From the NCBI GenBank assembly GCA_964016885.1, contig OZ024740.1:410254001-410318000 (forward strand): a stretch of DNA of 64,000 nucleotides, given 5' to 3'. This DNA is from Eledone cirrhosa (lineage: Eukaryota). Of this stretch, positions 36,106 to 52,551 are shown one piece after another (the stretch's first letter is position 1; the number at the start of each line of letters is the position of its first letter). The position numbers and the translations under genes were made by a program. Below the pieces are notes generated by a model. That model was not told the origin of the DNA. It ran no database searches and saw only the letters and a program-made list of their open reading frames with translations.

Positions 36106-39100
36106 GTCAGACCGTGTGTGTCACACTTTCAGTAATATATATATTAATACGCTAATACCTACGTACCGTACGTCAGACCGTGTGTCACACTTTCAGTAAT
36201 ATATATATTAATACGTTAATACCTACGTACCGTACGTCAGACCGTATGTGTCACACTTTCAGTAATATATATATTAATACGCTAATACCTACGTATTTGT
36301 ACGTCAGACCGTGTGTGTCAGACTTTCAGTAATATATATATTAATACGTTAATACCTACGCACCGTACGTCAGACCGTGTGTCAGACTTTCAGTAATATA
36401 TATATTAATACGTTAATACCTACGTACCGTATGTCAGACCGTGTGTGTCACACTTTCAGTAATATATATATTAATACGTTAATACCTACGTACCGTACGT
36501 CAGACCGTGTGTCAGACTTTCAGTAATATATATATTAATACGTTAATACCTACGTACGCTACGTAAGACCGTGTGTGTCACACTTTCACTAATATATATA
36601 TTAATACGTTAATACCTACGTACCGTACGTCAGACCGTGTGTGTCACACTTTCAGTAATATATATATTAATACGTTAATACCTACGTACCGTACGTCAGA
36701 CCGTGTGTGTCACACTTTCAGTAATATATATATTAATACGCTAATACCTACGTACCGTACGTCAGACCGTGTGTCACACTTTCAGTAATATATATATTAA
36801 TACGTCAATATCTACGTTCCGTACGTCAGACCGTGTGTGTCACACTTTCAGTAATATATATATTAATACGCTAATACCTACGTACCGTACGTCAGACCGT
36901 GTGTCACACTTGCAGTAATATATATATTAATACGTTAATACCTACGTACCGTACGTCAGACCGTGTGTGTCACACTTTCAGTAATATATATATTAATACG
37001 CTAATACCTACGTACCGTACGTCAGACCGTGTGTCACACTTGCAGTAATATATATATTAATACGTTAATACCTACGTACCGTACGTCAGACCGTGTGTGT
37101 CACACTTTCAGTAATATATATATTAATACGCTAATACCTACGTACCGTACGTCAGACCGTGTGTCACACTTGCAGTAATATATATATTAATACGTTAATA
37201 CCTACGTACTGTACGTCAGACCGTGTGTGTCACACTTTCAGTAATATATATATTAATACGCTAATACCTACGTACCGTACGTCAGACCATGTGTCACACT
37301 TTCAGTAATATATATATTAATACGTTAATACCTACGTACCGTACGTCAGACCGTGTGTCACACTTTCAGTAATATATATATTAATACGCTAATACTTACG
37401 TACCGTACGTCAGAACGTGTGTCACACTTTCAGTAATATATATATTAATACGTTAATACCTACGTACCGTACGTCAGACCGTGTGTGTCACACTTTCAGT
37501 AATATATATATTAATAGGTTAATACCTACGTACCGTACGTCAGACCGTGTGTCACACTTTCAGTAATATATATATTAATACGCTAATACCTACGTACCGT
37601 ACGTCAGACCGTGGGTGTCACACTTTCAGTAATATATATATTAATACGCTAATACCTACGTACCGTACGTCAAAACGTGTGTCACACTTTTAGTAATATA
37701 TATATTAATACGTTAATACCTACGTCCCGTACGTCAGACCGTGTGTGTCACACTTTCAGTAATATATATTAATACGCTAATACCTACGTACCGTACGTCA
37801 GACCGTGTGTGTCACACTTTCAGTAATATATATATTAATACGTTAATACCTACGTAGCGTACGTCAGACCGTGTGTGTCACACTTTCAGTAATATATATA
37901 TTAATACACTAATAACTACGTACCGTACGTCAGACCGTGTGTCACACTTTCAGTAATATATATATTAATACGTTAATACCTACGTACCGTACTTCAGACC
38001 GTGTGTCACACTTTCAGTAATATATATATTAATACGCTAATACCTACGTACCGTACGTCAGACCGTGTGTCACACTTTCAGTAATATATTTATTAATACG
38101 TTAATACCTACGTACCGTACGTAAGACCGTGTGTGTCAAACTTTCAGTAATATATATATTAATACGCTAATACCTACGTACTGTACGTCAGACCGTGTGT
38201 GTCACACTTTCAGTAATATATATATTAATACACTAATACCTACGTACCGTACGTCAGACCGTGTGTCACACTTTCAGTAATATATATATTAATACGTTAA
38301 TACCTACGTACCGTACGTAAGACCGTGTGTGTCAAACTTTCAGTAATATATACATTAATACGCTAATACCTACGTACCGTACGTCAGACCGTGTGTGTCA
38401 CACTTTCAGTAATATATATATTAATACGCTAATACCTACGTACCGTACGTCAGACCGTATGTCACACTTTCAGTAATATATATATTAATACGTTAATACC
38501 TACGTACCGTACGTCAGACCGTGTGTGTCACACTTTCAGTAATATATATATTAATACGTTAATACCTACGTACCGTACGTCAGACCGTGTGTCACACTTT
38601 CAGTAATATATATATTAATACGTTAATACCTACGTACCGTACGTCAGACCGTGTGTCACACTTTCAGTAATGTATATATTAATACGTTAATACCTACGTA
38701 CCGTACGTCAGACCGTGTGTCACACTTTCAGTAATATATATATTAATACGCTAATACCTACGTACCGTACGTCAGACCGTATGTGTCACACTTTCAGTAA
38801 TATATATATTAATACGCTAATACCTACGTACCGTACGTCAGACCGTGTGTCACACTTTCAGTAATATATATATTAATACGCTAATACCTACGTACCGTAC
38901 GTCAGACCGTATGTGTCACACTTTCAGTAATATATATATTAATACGCTAATACCTACGTACCGTACGTCAGACCGTATGTGTCACACTTTCAGTAATATA
39001 TATATTAATACGTTAATACCTACGTACCGTACGTCAGACCGTGTGTGTCACACTTTCAGTAATATATATATTAATAGGTTAATACCTACGTACCGTACGT

Positions 39101-42100
39101 CAGACCGTGTGTCAGACTTTCAGTAATATATATATTAATACGCTAATAACTACGTACCGTACGTCAGACCGTGTGTCACACTTTTAGTAATATATATATT
39201 AATACGTTAATACCTACGTACCGTACGTCAGACCGTGTGTGTCACACTTTCAGTAATATATATATTAATACGCTAATACCTACGTACCGTACGTCAGACC
39301 GTGTGTGTCACACTTTCAGTAATATATATATTAATACGCTAATACCTACGTAACGTACGCCAGACCGTGTGTCACACTTTCAGTAATATATATATTAATA
39401 CGTTAATACCTACGTACCGTACGTCAGACCGTGTGTCAGACTTTCAGTAATATATATATTAATACGTTAATACCTACGTACCCTACGTCAGACCGTGTGT
39501 GTCACACTTTCAGTAATATATATATATTAATACGTTAATACCTACGTACTGTACGTCAGACCGTGTGTCACACTTTCAGTAATTTATATATTAATACGTT
39601 AATACCTACGTACCGTACGTCAGACCCTGTGTGTCACACTTTCAGTAATATATATATTAATACGCTAATACCTACGTACCGTACGTCAGACCGTGTGTCA
39701 CACTTTCAGTAATATATATATTAATACGTTAATACCTACGTACCGTACGTCAGACCGTGTGTCACACTTTTAGTAATATATATAAATACGTTAATACCTA
39801 CGTACCGTACGTCAGACTGTGTGTGTCACACTTTCAGTAATATATATATTAATACGTTAATACCTACGTACCGTACGTCAGACCGTGTGTGTCACACTTT
39901 CAGTAAAATATATATTAATACACTAATACCTACGTACCGTACGTCAGACCGTGTGTCACACTTTCAGTAATATATATATTAATACGTTAATACCTACGTA
40001 CCGTACGTCAGACCGTGTGTGTCACACTTTCAGTAATATATATATTAATACGTTAATAACTACGTACCGTACGTCAGACCGTGTGTCACACTTTCAGTAA
40101 TATATATATTAATACGCTAATACCTACGTACCGTACGTCAGACCGTGTGTCACACTTTCAGTAATATATATATTAATACGTTAATACCTACGTACCGTAC
40201 GTCAGACCGTGTGTGTCACACTTTCAGTAATATATACATTAATACGTTAATACCTACGTACCGTACGTCAGACCGTGTGTGTCACACTTTCAGTAATATA
40301 TATATTAATACGCTAATACTTACGTACCGTACGTCAGACCGTGTGTCACACTTTCAGTAATTTATATATTAATACGTTAATACCCACGTACCGTACGTTA
40401 GACCGTGTGTGTCACACTTTCAGTAATATATATATATTAATACGTTAATACCTACGTATCGGAAATCAGACCGTGTGTGTCACACTTTCAGTAATATATA
40501 TATTAATACGCTAATACCTACGTACCGTACGCCAGACCGTGTGTCACACTTTCAGTAATATATATATTAATACGTTAATACCTACGTACCGTACGTCAGA
40601 CCGTGTGTCACACTTTCAGTAATATATATATTAATACGCTAATACCTACGTACCGTACGTCAGAACGTGTGTCAGCCTTTCAGTAATCTATATATTAATA
40701 TGCTAATACCTACGTACCGTACGTCAGACCGTGTGTGTCACACTTTCAGTAATATATATTAATACGTTAATACCTACGTACCGTACGTCAGACCGTGTGT
40801 CACACTTTCAGTAATATATATATTAATACGCTAATACCTACGTACCGTACGTCAGACCGTGTGTGTCACACTTTCAGTAATATATATATTAATACGCTAA
40901 TACCTACGTACCGTACGTCAGACCGTGTGTGTCACACTTTCAGTAATATATATATTAATACGCTAATACTTACGTACCGTACGTCAGACCGTGTGTCACA
41001 CTTTCAGTAATTTATATATTAATACGTTAATACCTACGTACCGTACGTCAGACCGTGTGTGTCTCACTTTCAGTAATATATATATTAATACGTTAATACC
41101 TACGTACCGTACGTCAGACCGTGTGTCAGACTTTCAGTAATATATATATTAATACGTTAATACCTACGTACCGTACGTCAGACCGTGTGTCACACTTTCA
41201 GTAATATATATATTAATACGCTAATACCTACGTACCGTACGTCAGACCGTGTGTGTAACACTTTCAGTAATATATATATTAATAAGTTAATACCTACGTA
41301 CCGTACGTCAGACCGTGTGTGTCACACTTTCAGTAATATATATATTAATACGCTAATACCTACGTACCGTACGTCAGACCGTGTGTCACACTTTCAGTAA
41401 TTTATATATTAATACGTTAATACCTACGTACCGTACGTCAGACCGTGTGTGTCACACTTTCAGTAATATATATATTAATACGTTAATACCTACGTACCGT
41501 ACGTCAGACCGTGTGTGTCACACTTTCAGTAATATATACATTAATACGTTAATACCTACGTACCGTACGTCAGACCGTGTGTGTCACACTTTCAGTAATA
41601 TATACATTAATACATTAATACCTACGTACCGTACGTCAGACCGTGTGTGTCACACTTTCAGTAATATATATATTAATACGCTAATACTTACGTACCGTAC
41701 GTCAGACCGTGTGTCACACTTTCAGTAATATATATATTAATACGTTAATACCCACGTACCGTACGTTAGACCGTGTGTGTCACACTTTCAGTAATATATA
41801 TATTAATACGTTAATACCTACGTATCGGAAATCAGACCGTGTGTGTCACACTTTCAGTAATATATATATTAATACGCTAATACCTACGTACCGTACGCCA
41901 GACCGTGTGTCACACTTTCAGTAATATATATATTAATACGTTAATACCTACGTACCGTACGTCAGACCGTGTGTCACACTTTCAGTAATATATATATTAA
42001 TACGCTAATACCTACGTACCGTACGTCAGACCATGTGTCACACTTTCAGTAATATATATATTAATACGTTAATACCTACGTACCGTACGTCAGACCGTGT

Positions 42101-45100
42101 GTGTCACACTTTCAGTAATATATATATTAATACGCTAATACTTACGTACCGTACGTCAGACCGTGTGTCACACTTTCAGTAATTTATATATTAATACGTT
42201 AATACCTACGTACCGTACGTCAGACCGTGTGTGTCACACTTTCAGTAATATATATATTAATACGTTAATACCTACGTACCGTACGTCAGACCGTGTGTCA
42301 CACTTTCAGTAATATATATATTAATACGTTAATACCTACGTACCGTACGTCAGACCGTGTGTGTCACACTTTCAGTAATATATACATTAATACGTTAATA
42401 CCTACGTACCGTACGTCAGACCGTGTGTGTCACACTGTCAGTAATATATATATATTAATACGCTAATACTTACGTACCGTACGTCAGACCGTGTGTCACA
42501 CTTTCAGTAATATATATATTAATACGTTAATACCTACGTACCGTACGTCAAACCGTGTGTGTCACACTTTCAGTAATATATATATTAATACGCTAATACC
42601 TACGTACCGTACGTCAGACCGTGTGTCACACTTTCAGTAATATATATATTAATACGTTAATACCTACGTACCGTACGTCAGACCGTGTGTCACACTTTCA
42701 GTAATATATATATTAATACGCTAATACCTACGTACCGTACGTCAGACCGTGTGTGTCACACTTTCAGTAATATATATATTAATACGCTAATACCTACGTA
42801 CCGTACGTCAGACCGTGTGTGTCACACTTTCAGTAATATATATATTAATACGCTAATACCTACGTACCGTACGTCAGACCGTGTGTGTAACACTTTCAGT
42901 AATATATATATTAATACGTTAATACCTACGTACCGTACGTCAGACCGTGTGTGTCACACTTTCAGTAATATATATATTAATACGCTAATACCTACGTACC
43001 GTACGTACGACCGTGTGTCACACTTTCAGTAATTTATATATTAATACGTTAATACCTACGTACCGTACGTCAGACCGTGTGTGTCACACTTTCAGTAATA
43101 TATATATTAATACGTTAATACCTACGTACCGTACGTCAGACCGTGTGTGTCACACTTTCAGTAATATATATATTAATACGTTAATACCTACGTAGCGTAC
43201 GTCAGAACGTGTGTATCACACTTTCAGTAATATATATATTAATACACTAATAACTACGTACCGTACGTCAGACCGTGTGTGTCACACTTTCAGTAATATA
43301 TATATATTAATACGTTAATACCTACGTACCATACGTCAGACCGTGTGTGTCACACTTTTAGTAATATATATATTAATACGCTAATACCTACGTACCGTAC
43401 GTCAGACCGTGTGTCACACTTTCAGTAATATATATATTAATACGATAATACCTACGTACCGTACGTCAGACCGTGTGTGTCACACTTTCAGTAATATATA
43501 TATTAATACGTTAATACCTACGTACCGTACGTCAGACCGTGTGTCACACTTTCAGTAATATATATATTAATACGCTAATACCTACGTACCGTACGTCAGA
43601 CCGTGTGTGTAACACTTTCAGTAATATATATATTAATACGTTAATACCTACGTACCGTACGTCAGACCGTGTGTGTCACACTTTCAGTAATATATATATT
43701 AATACGCTAATACCTACGTACCGTACGTCCGACCGTGTGTCACACATTCAGTAATTTATATATTAATACGTTAATACCTACGTACCGTACGTCAGACCGT
43801 GTGTGTCACACTTTCAGTAATATATATATTAATACGTTAATACCTACGTACCGTACGTCAGACCGTGTGTGTCACACTTTCAGTAATATATACATTAATA
43901 CGTTAATACCTACGTACCGTACGTCAGACCGTGTGTGTCACACTTTCAGTAATATATATATTAATACGTTAATACCTACGTACCGTACGTCAGACCGTGT
44001 GTCACACTTTCAGTAATTTATATATTAATACGTTAATACCCACGTACCGTACGTTAGACCGTGTGTGTCACATTTTCAGTAATATATATATTAATACGTT
44101 AATACCTACGTATCGGAAATCAGACCGTGTGTGTCACACTTTCAGTAATATATATATTAATACGCTAATACCTACGTACCGTACGCCAGACCGTGTGTCA
44201 CACTTTCAGTAATATATATATTAATACGTTAATACCTACGTACCGTACGTCAGACCGTGTGTCACACTTTCAGTAATATATATATTAATACGCTAATACC
44301 TACGTACCGTACGTCAGACCGTGTGTCACACTTTCAGTAATATATATATTAATACGCTAATACCTACGTACCGTACGTCAGACCGTGTGTGTCACACTTT
44401 CAGTAATATATATATTAATACGCTAATACTTACGTACCGTACGTCAGACCGTGTGTCACACTTTCAGTAATTTATATATTAATACGTTAATACCTACGTA
44501 CCGTACGTCAGACCGTGTGTGTCACACTTTCAGTAATATATATATTAATACGTTAATACCTACGTACCGTACGTCAGACCGTGTGTCACACTTTCAGTAA
44601 TATATATATTAATACGTTAATACCTACGTACCGTACGTCAGACCGTGTGTGTAACACTTTCAGTAATATATATATTAATACGTTAATACCTACGTACCGT
44701 ACGTCAGACCGTGTGTGTCACACTTTCAGTAATATATATATTAATACGTTAATACCTACGTACCGTACGTCAGACCGTGTGTCACACTTTCAGTAATATA
44801 TATATTAATACGTTAATACCTACGTACCGTACGTCAGACCGTGTGTGTCACACTTTCAGTAATATATACATTAATACGTTAATACCTACGTACCGTACGT
44901 CAGACCGTGTGTGTCACACTTTCAGTAATATATATATTAATACGCTAATACTTACGTACCGTACGTCAGACCGTGTGTCACACTTTCAGTAATTTATATA
45001 TTAATACGTTAATACCTACGCACCGTACGTCAGACCGTGTGTGTCACACTTTCAGTAATATATATATTAATACGCTAATAACTACGTACCGTACGTCCGA

Positions 45101-48100
45101 CCGTGTGTCACACTTTCAGTAATTTATATATTAATACGTTAATACCTACGTACCGTACGTCAGACCGTGTGTGTCACACTTTCAGTAATACATATATTAA
45201 TACGTTAATACCTACGTACCGTACGTCAGACCGTGTGTCACACTTTCAGTAATATATATATTAATACGTTAATACCTACGTACCGTACGTCAGACCGTGT
45301 GTGTCACACTTTCAGTAATATATACATTAATACGTTAATACCTACGTACCGTACGTCAGACCGTGTGTGTCACACTGTCAGTAATATATATATTAATACG
45401 CTAATACTTACGTACCGTACGTCAGACCGTGTGTCACACTTTCAGTAATTTATATATTAATACGTTAATACCTACGCACCGTACGTCAGACCGTGTGTGT
45501 CACACTTTCAGTAATATATATATTAATACGCTAATACCTACGTACCGTACGTCAGACCGTGTGTGTCACACTTTCAGTAATATATATATTAATACGTTAA
45601 TACCTACGTACCGTACGTCAGACCGTGTGTCACACTTTCAGTAATATATATATTAATACGTTAATACCTACGTACCGTACTTCAGACCGTGTGTTACACT
45701 TTCAGTAATATATATAATAATACGATAATACCTACGTACCCTACGTCAAACCGTGTGTGTCACACTTTCAGTAATATATATATTAATACGCTAATACCTA
45801 CGTACCGTACGTCAGACCGTGTGTCACACTTTCAGTAATATATATATTAATACTTTAATACCTACGTACCGTACGTCAGACCGTGTGTCACACTTTCAGT
45901 AATATATATATTAATACGCTAATACCTACGTACCGTACGTCAGACCGTGTGTGTCACACTTTCAGTAATATATATATTAATACGCTAATACCTACGTACC
46001 GTACGTCAGACCGTGTGTGTCACACTTTCAGTAATATATATATTAATACGCTAATACCTACGTACCGTACGTCAGACCGTGTGTGTCACACTTGCAGTAA
46101 TATATATATTAATACGCTAATACCTACGTACCGTACGTCAGACCGTGTGTGTCACACTTTCAGTAATATATATATTAATACGCTAATACCTACGTACCGT
46201 ACGTCAGACCGTGTGTGTCACACTTTCAGTAATATATATATTAATACGCTAATACTTACGTACCGTACGTCAGACCGTGTGTCACACTTTCAGTAATTTA
46301 TATATTAATACGTTAATACCTACGTACCGTACGTCAGACCGTGTGTGTCACACTTTCAGTAATATATATATTAATACGTTAATACCTACGTACCGTACGT
46401 CAGACCGTGTGTCACACTTTCAGTAATATATATATTAATACGTTAATACCTACGTACCGTACGTCAGACCGTGTGTCACACTTTCAGTAATATATATATT
46501 AATACGCTAATACCTACGTACCGTACGTCAGACCGTGTATGTAACACTTTCAGTAATATATATATTAATACGTTAATACCTACGTACCGTACGTCAGACC
46601 GTGTGTGTCACACTTTCAGTAATATATATATTAATACGCTAATACCTACGTACCGTACGTCAGACCGTGTGTCACACTTTCAGTAATTTATATATTAATA
46701 CGTTAATACCTACGTACCGTACGTCAGACCGTGTGTGTCACACTTTCAGTAATATATATATTAATACGTTAATACCTACGTACCGTACGTCAGACCGTGT
46801 GTGTCACACTTTCAGTAATATATACATTAATACGTTAATACCTACGTACCGTACGTCAGACCGTGTGTGTCACACTTTCAGTAATATATATATTAATACG
46901 CTAATACTTACGTACCGTACGTCAGACCGTGTGTCACACTTTCAGTAATTTATATATTAATACGTTAATACCCACGTACCGTACGTTAGACCGTGTGTGT
47001 CACACTTTCAGTAATATATATATTAATACGTTAATACCTACGTATCGGAAATCAGACCGTGTGTGTCACACTTTCAGTAATATATATATTAATACGCTAA
47101 TACCTACGTACCGTACGCCAGACCGTGTGTCACACTTTCAGTAATATATATATTAATACGTTAATACCTACGTACCGTACGTCAGACCGTGTGTCACACT
47201 TTCAGTAATATATATATTAATACGCTAATACCTACGTACCGTACGTCAGACCGTGTGTCACACTTTCAGTAATATATATATTAATACGTTAATACCTACG
47301 TACCGTACGTCAGACCGTGTGTCACACTTTCAGTAATTTATATATTAATACGTTAATACCTACGTACCGTACGTCAGACCGTGTGTGTCACACTTTCAGT
47401 AATATATATATTTATACGCTAATACTTACGTACCGTACGTCAGACCGTGTGTCACACTTTCAGTAATTTATATATTAATACGTTAATACCTACGCACCGT
47501 ACGTCAGACCGTATGTGTCACACTTTCAGTAATATATATATTAATACGCTAATACCTACGTACCGTACGTCAGACCGTGTGTCACACTTTCAGTAATTTA
47601 TATATTAATACGTTAATACCTACGTACCGTACGTCAGACCGTGTGTGTCACACTTTCAGTAATATATATATTAATACGTTAATACCTACGTACCGTACGT
47701 CAGACCGTGTGTCACACTTTCAGTAATATATATATTAATACGTTAATACCTACGTACCGTACGTCAGACCGTGTGTTACACTTTCAGTAATATATATAAT
47801 AATACGATAATACCTACGTACCGTACGTCAAACCGTGTGTGTCACACTTTCAGTAATTTATATATTAATACGTTAATACCTACGTATCGTACGTCAGACC
47901 GTGTGTGTCACACTTTCAGTAATATATATATTAATACGTTAATACCTACGTACCGTACGTCAGACCGTGTGTCACACTTTCAGTAATATATATATTAATA
48001 CGTTAATAACTACGTACCGTACGTCAGACCGTGTGTTACACTTTCAGTAATATATATAATAATACGATAATACCTACGTACCGTACGTCAAACCGTGTGT

Positions 48101-51100
48101 GTCACACTTTCAGTAATATATATATTAATACGCTAATACCTACGTACCTTACGTCAGACCGTGTGTCACACTTTCAGTAATATATATATTAATACGTTAA
48201 TACCTACGTACCGTACGTCAGACCGTGTGTCAGCCTTTCAGTAATCTATATATTAATACGCTAATACTTACGTACCGTACGTCAGACCGTGTGTCACACT
48301 TTCAGTAATATATATATTAATACGTTAATACCTACGTACCGTACGTCAGACCGTGTGTCACACTTTCAGTAATATATATATTAATACGCTAATACCTACG
48401 TACCGTACGTCAGACCGTGTGTCACACTTTCAGTAATATATATATTAATACGTTAATACCTACGTACCGTACGTCAGACCGTGTGTCACACTTTCAGTAA
48501 TATATATATTAATACGTTAATACCTACGTACCGTACGTCAGACCGTGTGTCACACTTTCAGTAATATATATATTAATACGTTAATACCTACGTACCGTAC
48601 GTCAGACCGTGTGTCACACTTTCAGTAATATATATATTAATACGCTAATACCTACGTACCGTACGTCAGACCGTGTGTGTCACACTTTCAGTAATATATA
48701 TATTAATACGTTAATACCTACGTACCGTACGTCAGAACGTGTGTCAGCCTTTCAGTAATCTATATATTAATATGCTAATACCTACGTACCGTACGTCAGA
48801 CCGTGTGTGTCACACTTTCAGTAATATATATATTAATACGTTAATACCTACGTACCGTACGTCAGACCGTGTGTCACACTTTCAGTAATATATATATTAA
48901 TACGATAATACCTACGTACCGTACGTCAGACCGTGTGTGTCACACTTTCAGTAATATATATATTAATACGTTAATACCTACGTACCGTACGTCAGACCGT
49001 GTGTCAGACTTTCAGTAATATATATATTAATACGTTAATACCTACGTACCGTACGTCAGACCGTGTGTCACACTTTCAGTAATATATATATTAATACGCT
49101 AATACCTACGTACCGTACGTCAGACCGTGTGTGTCACATTTTCAGTAATATATATATTAATACGCTAATACCTACGTACCGTACGTCAGACCGTGTGTGT
49201 CACACTTTCAGTAATATATATATTAATACGCTAATACTTACGTACCGTACGTCAGACCGTGTGTCACACTTTCAGTAATTTATATATTAATACGTTAATA
49301 CCTACGTACCGTACGTCAGACCGTGTGTGTCACACTTTCAGTAATTTATATATTAATACGTTAATACCTACGTACCGTACGTCAGACCGTGTGTGTCACA
49401 CTTTCAGTAATATATATATTAATACGCTAATACCTACGTACCGTACGTCAGACCGTGTGTCACACTTTCAGTAATTTATATATTAATACGTTAATACCTA
49501 CGTACCGTACGTCAGACCGTGTGTGTCACACTTTCAGTAATATATATATTAATACGTTAATACCTACGTACCGTACGTCAGACCGTGTGTGTCACACTTT
49601 CAGTAATATATACATTAATACGTTAATACCTACGTACCGTACGTCAGACCGTGTGTGTCACACTTTCAGTAATATATATATTAATACGCTAATACTTACG
49701 TACCGTACGTCAGACCGTGTGTCACACTTTCAGTAATTTATATATTAATACGTTAATACCCACGTACCGTACGTTAGACCGTGTGTGTCACACTTTCAGT
49801 AATATATATATTAATACGTTAATACCTACGTATCGGAAATCAGACCGTGTGTGTCACACTTTCAGTAATATATATATTAATACGCTAATACCTACGTACC
49901 GTACGCCAGACCGTGTGTCACACTTTCAGTAATATATATATTAATACGTTAATACCTACGTACCGTACGTCAGACCGTGTGTCACACTTTCAGTAATATA
50001 TATATTAATACGCTAATACCTACGTACCGTACGTCAGACCGTGTGTCACACTTTCAGTAATATATATATTAATACGTTAATACCTACGTACCGTACGTCA
50101 GACCGTGTGTCACACTTTCAGTAATTTATATATTAATACGTTAATACCTACGTACCGTACGTCAGACCGTGTGTGTCACACTTTCAGTAATATATATATT
50201 TATACGCTAATACTTACGTACCGTACGTCAGACCGTGTGTCACACTTTCAGTAATTTATATATTAATACGTTAATACCTACGCACCGTACGTCAGACCGT
50301 ATGTGTCACACTTTCAGTAATATATATATTAATACGCTAATACCTACGTACCGTACGTCAGACCGTGTGTCACACTTTCAGTAATTTATATATTAATACG
50401 TTAATACCTACGTACCGTACGTCAGACCGTGTGTGTCACACTTTCAGTAATATATATATTAATACGTTAATACCTACGTACCGTACGTCAGACCGTGTGT
50501 CACACTTTCAGTAATATATATATTAATACGTTAATACCTACGTACCGTACGTCAGACCGTGTGTTACACTTTCAGTAATATATATAATAATACGATAATA
50601 CCTACGTACCGTACGTCAAACCGTGTGTGTCACACTTTCAGTAATTTATATATTAATACGTTAATACCTACGTATCGTACGTCAGACCGTGTGTGTCACA
50701 CTTTCAGTAATATATATATTAATACGTTAATACCTACGTACCGTACGTCAGACCGTGTGTCACACTTTCAGTAATATATATATTAATACGTTAATAACTA
50801 CGTACCGTACGTCAGACCGTGTGTTACACTTTCAGTAATATATATAATAATACGATAATACCTACGTACCGTACGTCAAACCGTGTGTGTCACACTTTCA
50901 GTAATATATATATTAATACGCTAATACCTACGTACCTTACGTCAGACCGTGTGTCACACTTTCAGTAATATATATATTAATACGTTAATACCTACGTACC
51001 GTACGTCAGACCGTGTGTCAGCCTTTCAGTAATCTATATATTAATACGCTAATACTTACGTACCGTACGTCAGACCGTGTGTCACACTTTCAGTAATATA

Positions 51101-52551
51101 TATATTAATACGTTAATACCTACGTACCGTACGTCAGACCGTGTGTCACACTTTCAGTAATATATATATTAATACGCTAATACCTACGTACCGTACGTCA
51201 GACCGTGTGTCACACTTTCAGTAATATATATATTAATACGTTAATACCTACGTACCGTACGTCAGACCGTGTGTCACACTTTCAGTAATATATATATTAA
51301 TACGTTAATACCTACGTACCGTACGTCAGACCGTGTGTCACACTTTCAGTAATATATATATTAATACGTTAATACCTACGTACCGTACGTCAGACCGTGT
51401 GTCACACTTTCAGTAATATATATATTAATACGCTAATACCTACGTACCGTACGTCAGACCGTGTGTGTCACACTTTCAGTAATATATATATTAATACGTT
51501 AATACCTACGTACCGTACGTCAGAACGTGTGTCAGCCTTTCAGTAATCTATATATTAATATGCTAATACCTACGTACCGTACGTCAGACCGTGTGTGTCA
51601 CACTTTCAGTAATATATATATTAATACGTTAATACCTACGTACCGTACGTCAGACCGTGTGTCACACTTTCAGTAATATATATATTAATACGATAATACC
51701 TACGTACCGTACGTCAGACCGTGTGTGTCACACTTTCAGTAATATATATATTAATACGTTAATACCTACGTACCGTACGTCAGACCGTGTGTCAGACTTT
51801 CAGTAATATATATATTAATACGTTAATACCTACGTACCGTACGTCAGACCGTGTGTCACACTTTCAGTAATATATATATTAATACGCTAATACCTACGTA
51901 CCGTACGTCAGACCGTGTGTGTCACATTTTCAGTAATATATATATTAATACGCTAATACCTACGTACCGTACGTCAGACCGTGTGTGTCACACTTTCAGT
52001 AATATATATATTAATACGCTAATACTTACGTACCGTACGTCAGACCGTGTGTCACACTTTCAGTAATTTATATATTAATACGTTAATACCTACGTACCGT
52101 ACGTCAGACCGTGTGTGTCACACTTTCAGTAATTTATATATTAATACGTTAATACCTACGTACCGTACGTCAGACCGTGTGTGTCACACTTTCAGTAATA
52201 TATATATTAATACGTTAATACCTACGTACCGTACGTCAGACCGTGTGTGTCACACTTTCAGTAATATATATATTAATACGCTAATACTTACGTACCGTAC
52301 GTCAGACCGTGTGTCACACTTTCAGTAATTTATATATTAATACGTTAATACCTACGTACCGTACGTCAGACCGTGTGTGTCACACTTCCAGTAATATATA
52401 TATTAATACGCTAATACCTACGTACCGTACGTCAGACCGTGTGTCACACTTTCAGTAATATATATATTAATACGCTAATACCTACGTACCGTACGTCAGA
52501 CCGTGTGTGTCACACTTTCAGTAATATATATATTAATACGCTAATACCTAC
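36103..52551. repeat. Satellite array, 64/66-bp unit, ~250 copies (~16.4 kb)
   Basis: Unit TACGTCAGACCGTGTG(TG)TCACACTTTCAGTAATATATATATTAATACG(T/C)TAATACCTACGTACCG is repeated head-to-tail with no spacers. Confidence 0.98.

Noticed and set aside
36103-52551. CRISPR array or repetitive protein gene (ORFs '[22 protein letters not shown]')
   Set aside because: There are no unique spacers or cas genes, and the context is eukaryotic. The 22-aa repeat is a by-product of the 66-bp unit and is constantly frameshifted by 64-bp units.
36103-52551. Each satellite unit as a functional hammerhead ribozyme
   Set aside because: The minus-strand CTGACGT lacks the conserved A9 and no U-H closes stem III after GAAA; the plus strand lacks CTGAnGA/GAAA. 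Kept only as a speculative origin hypothesis.
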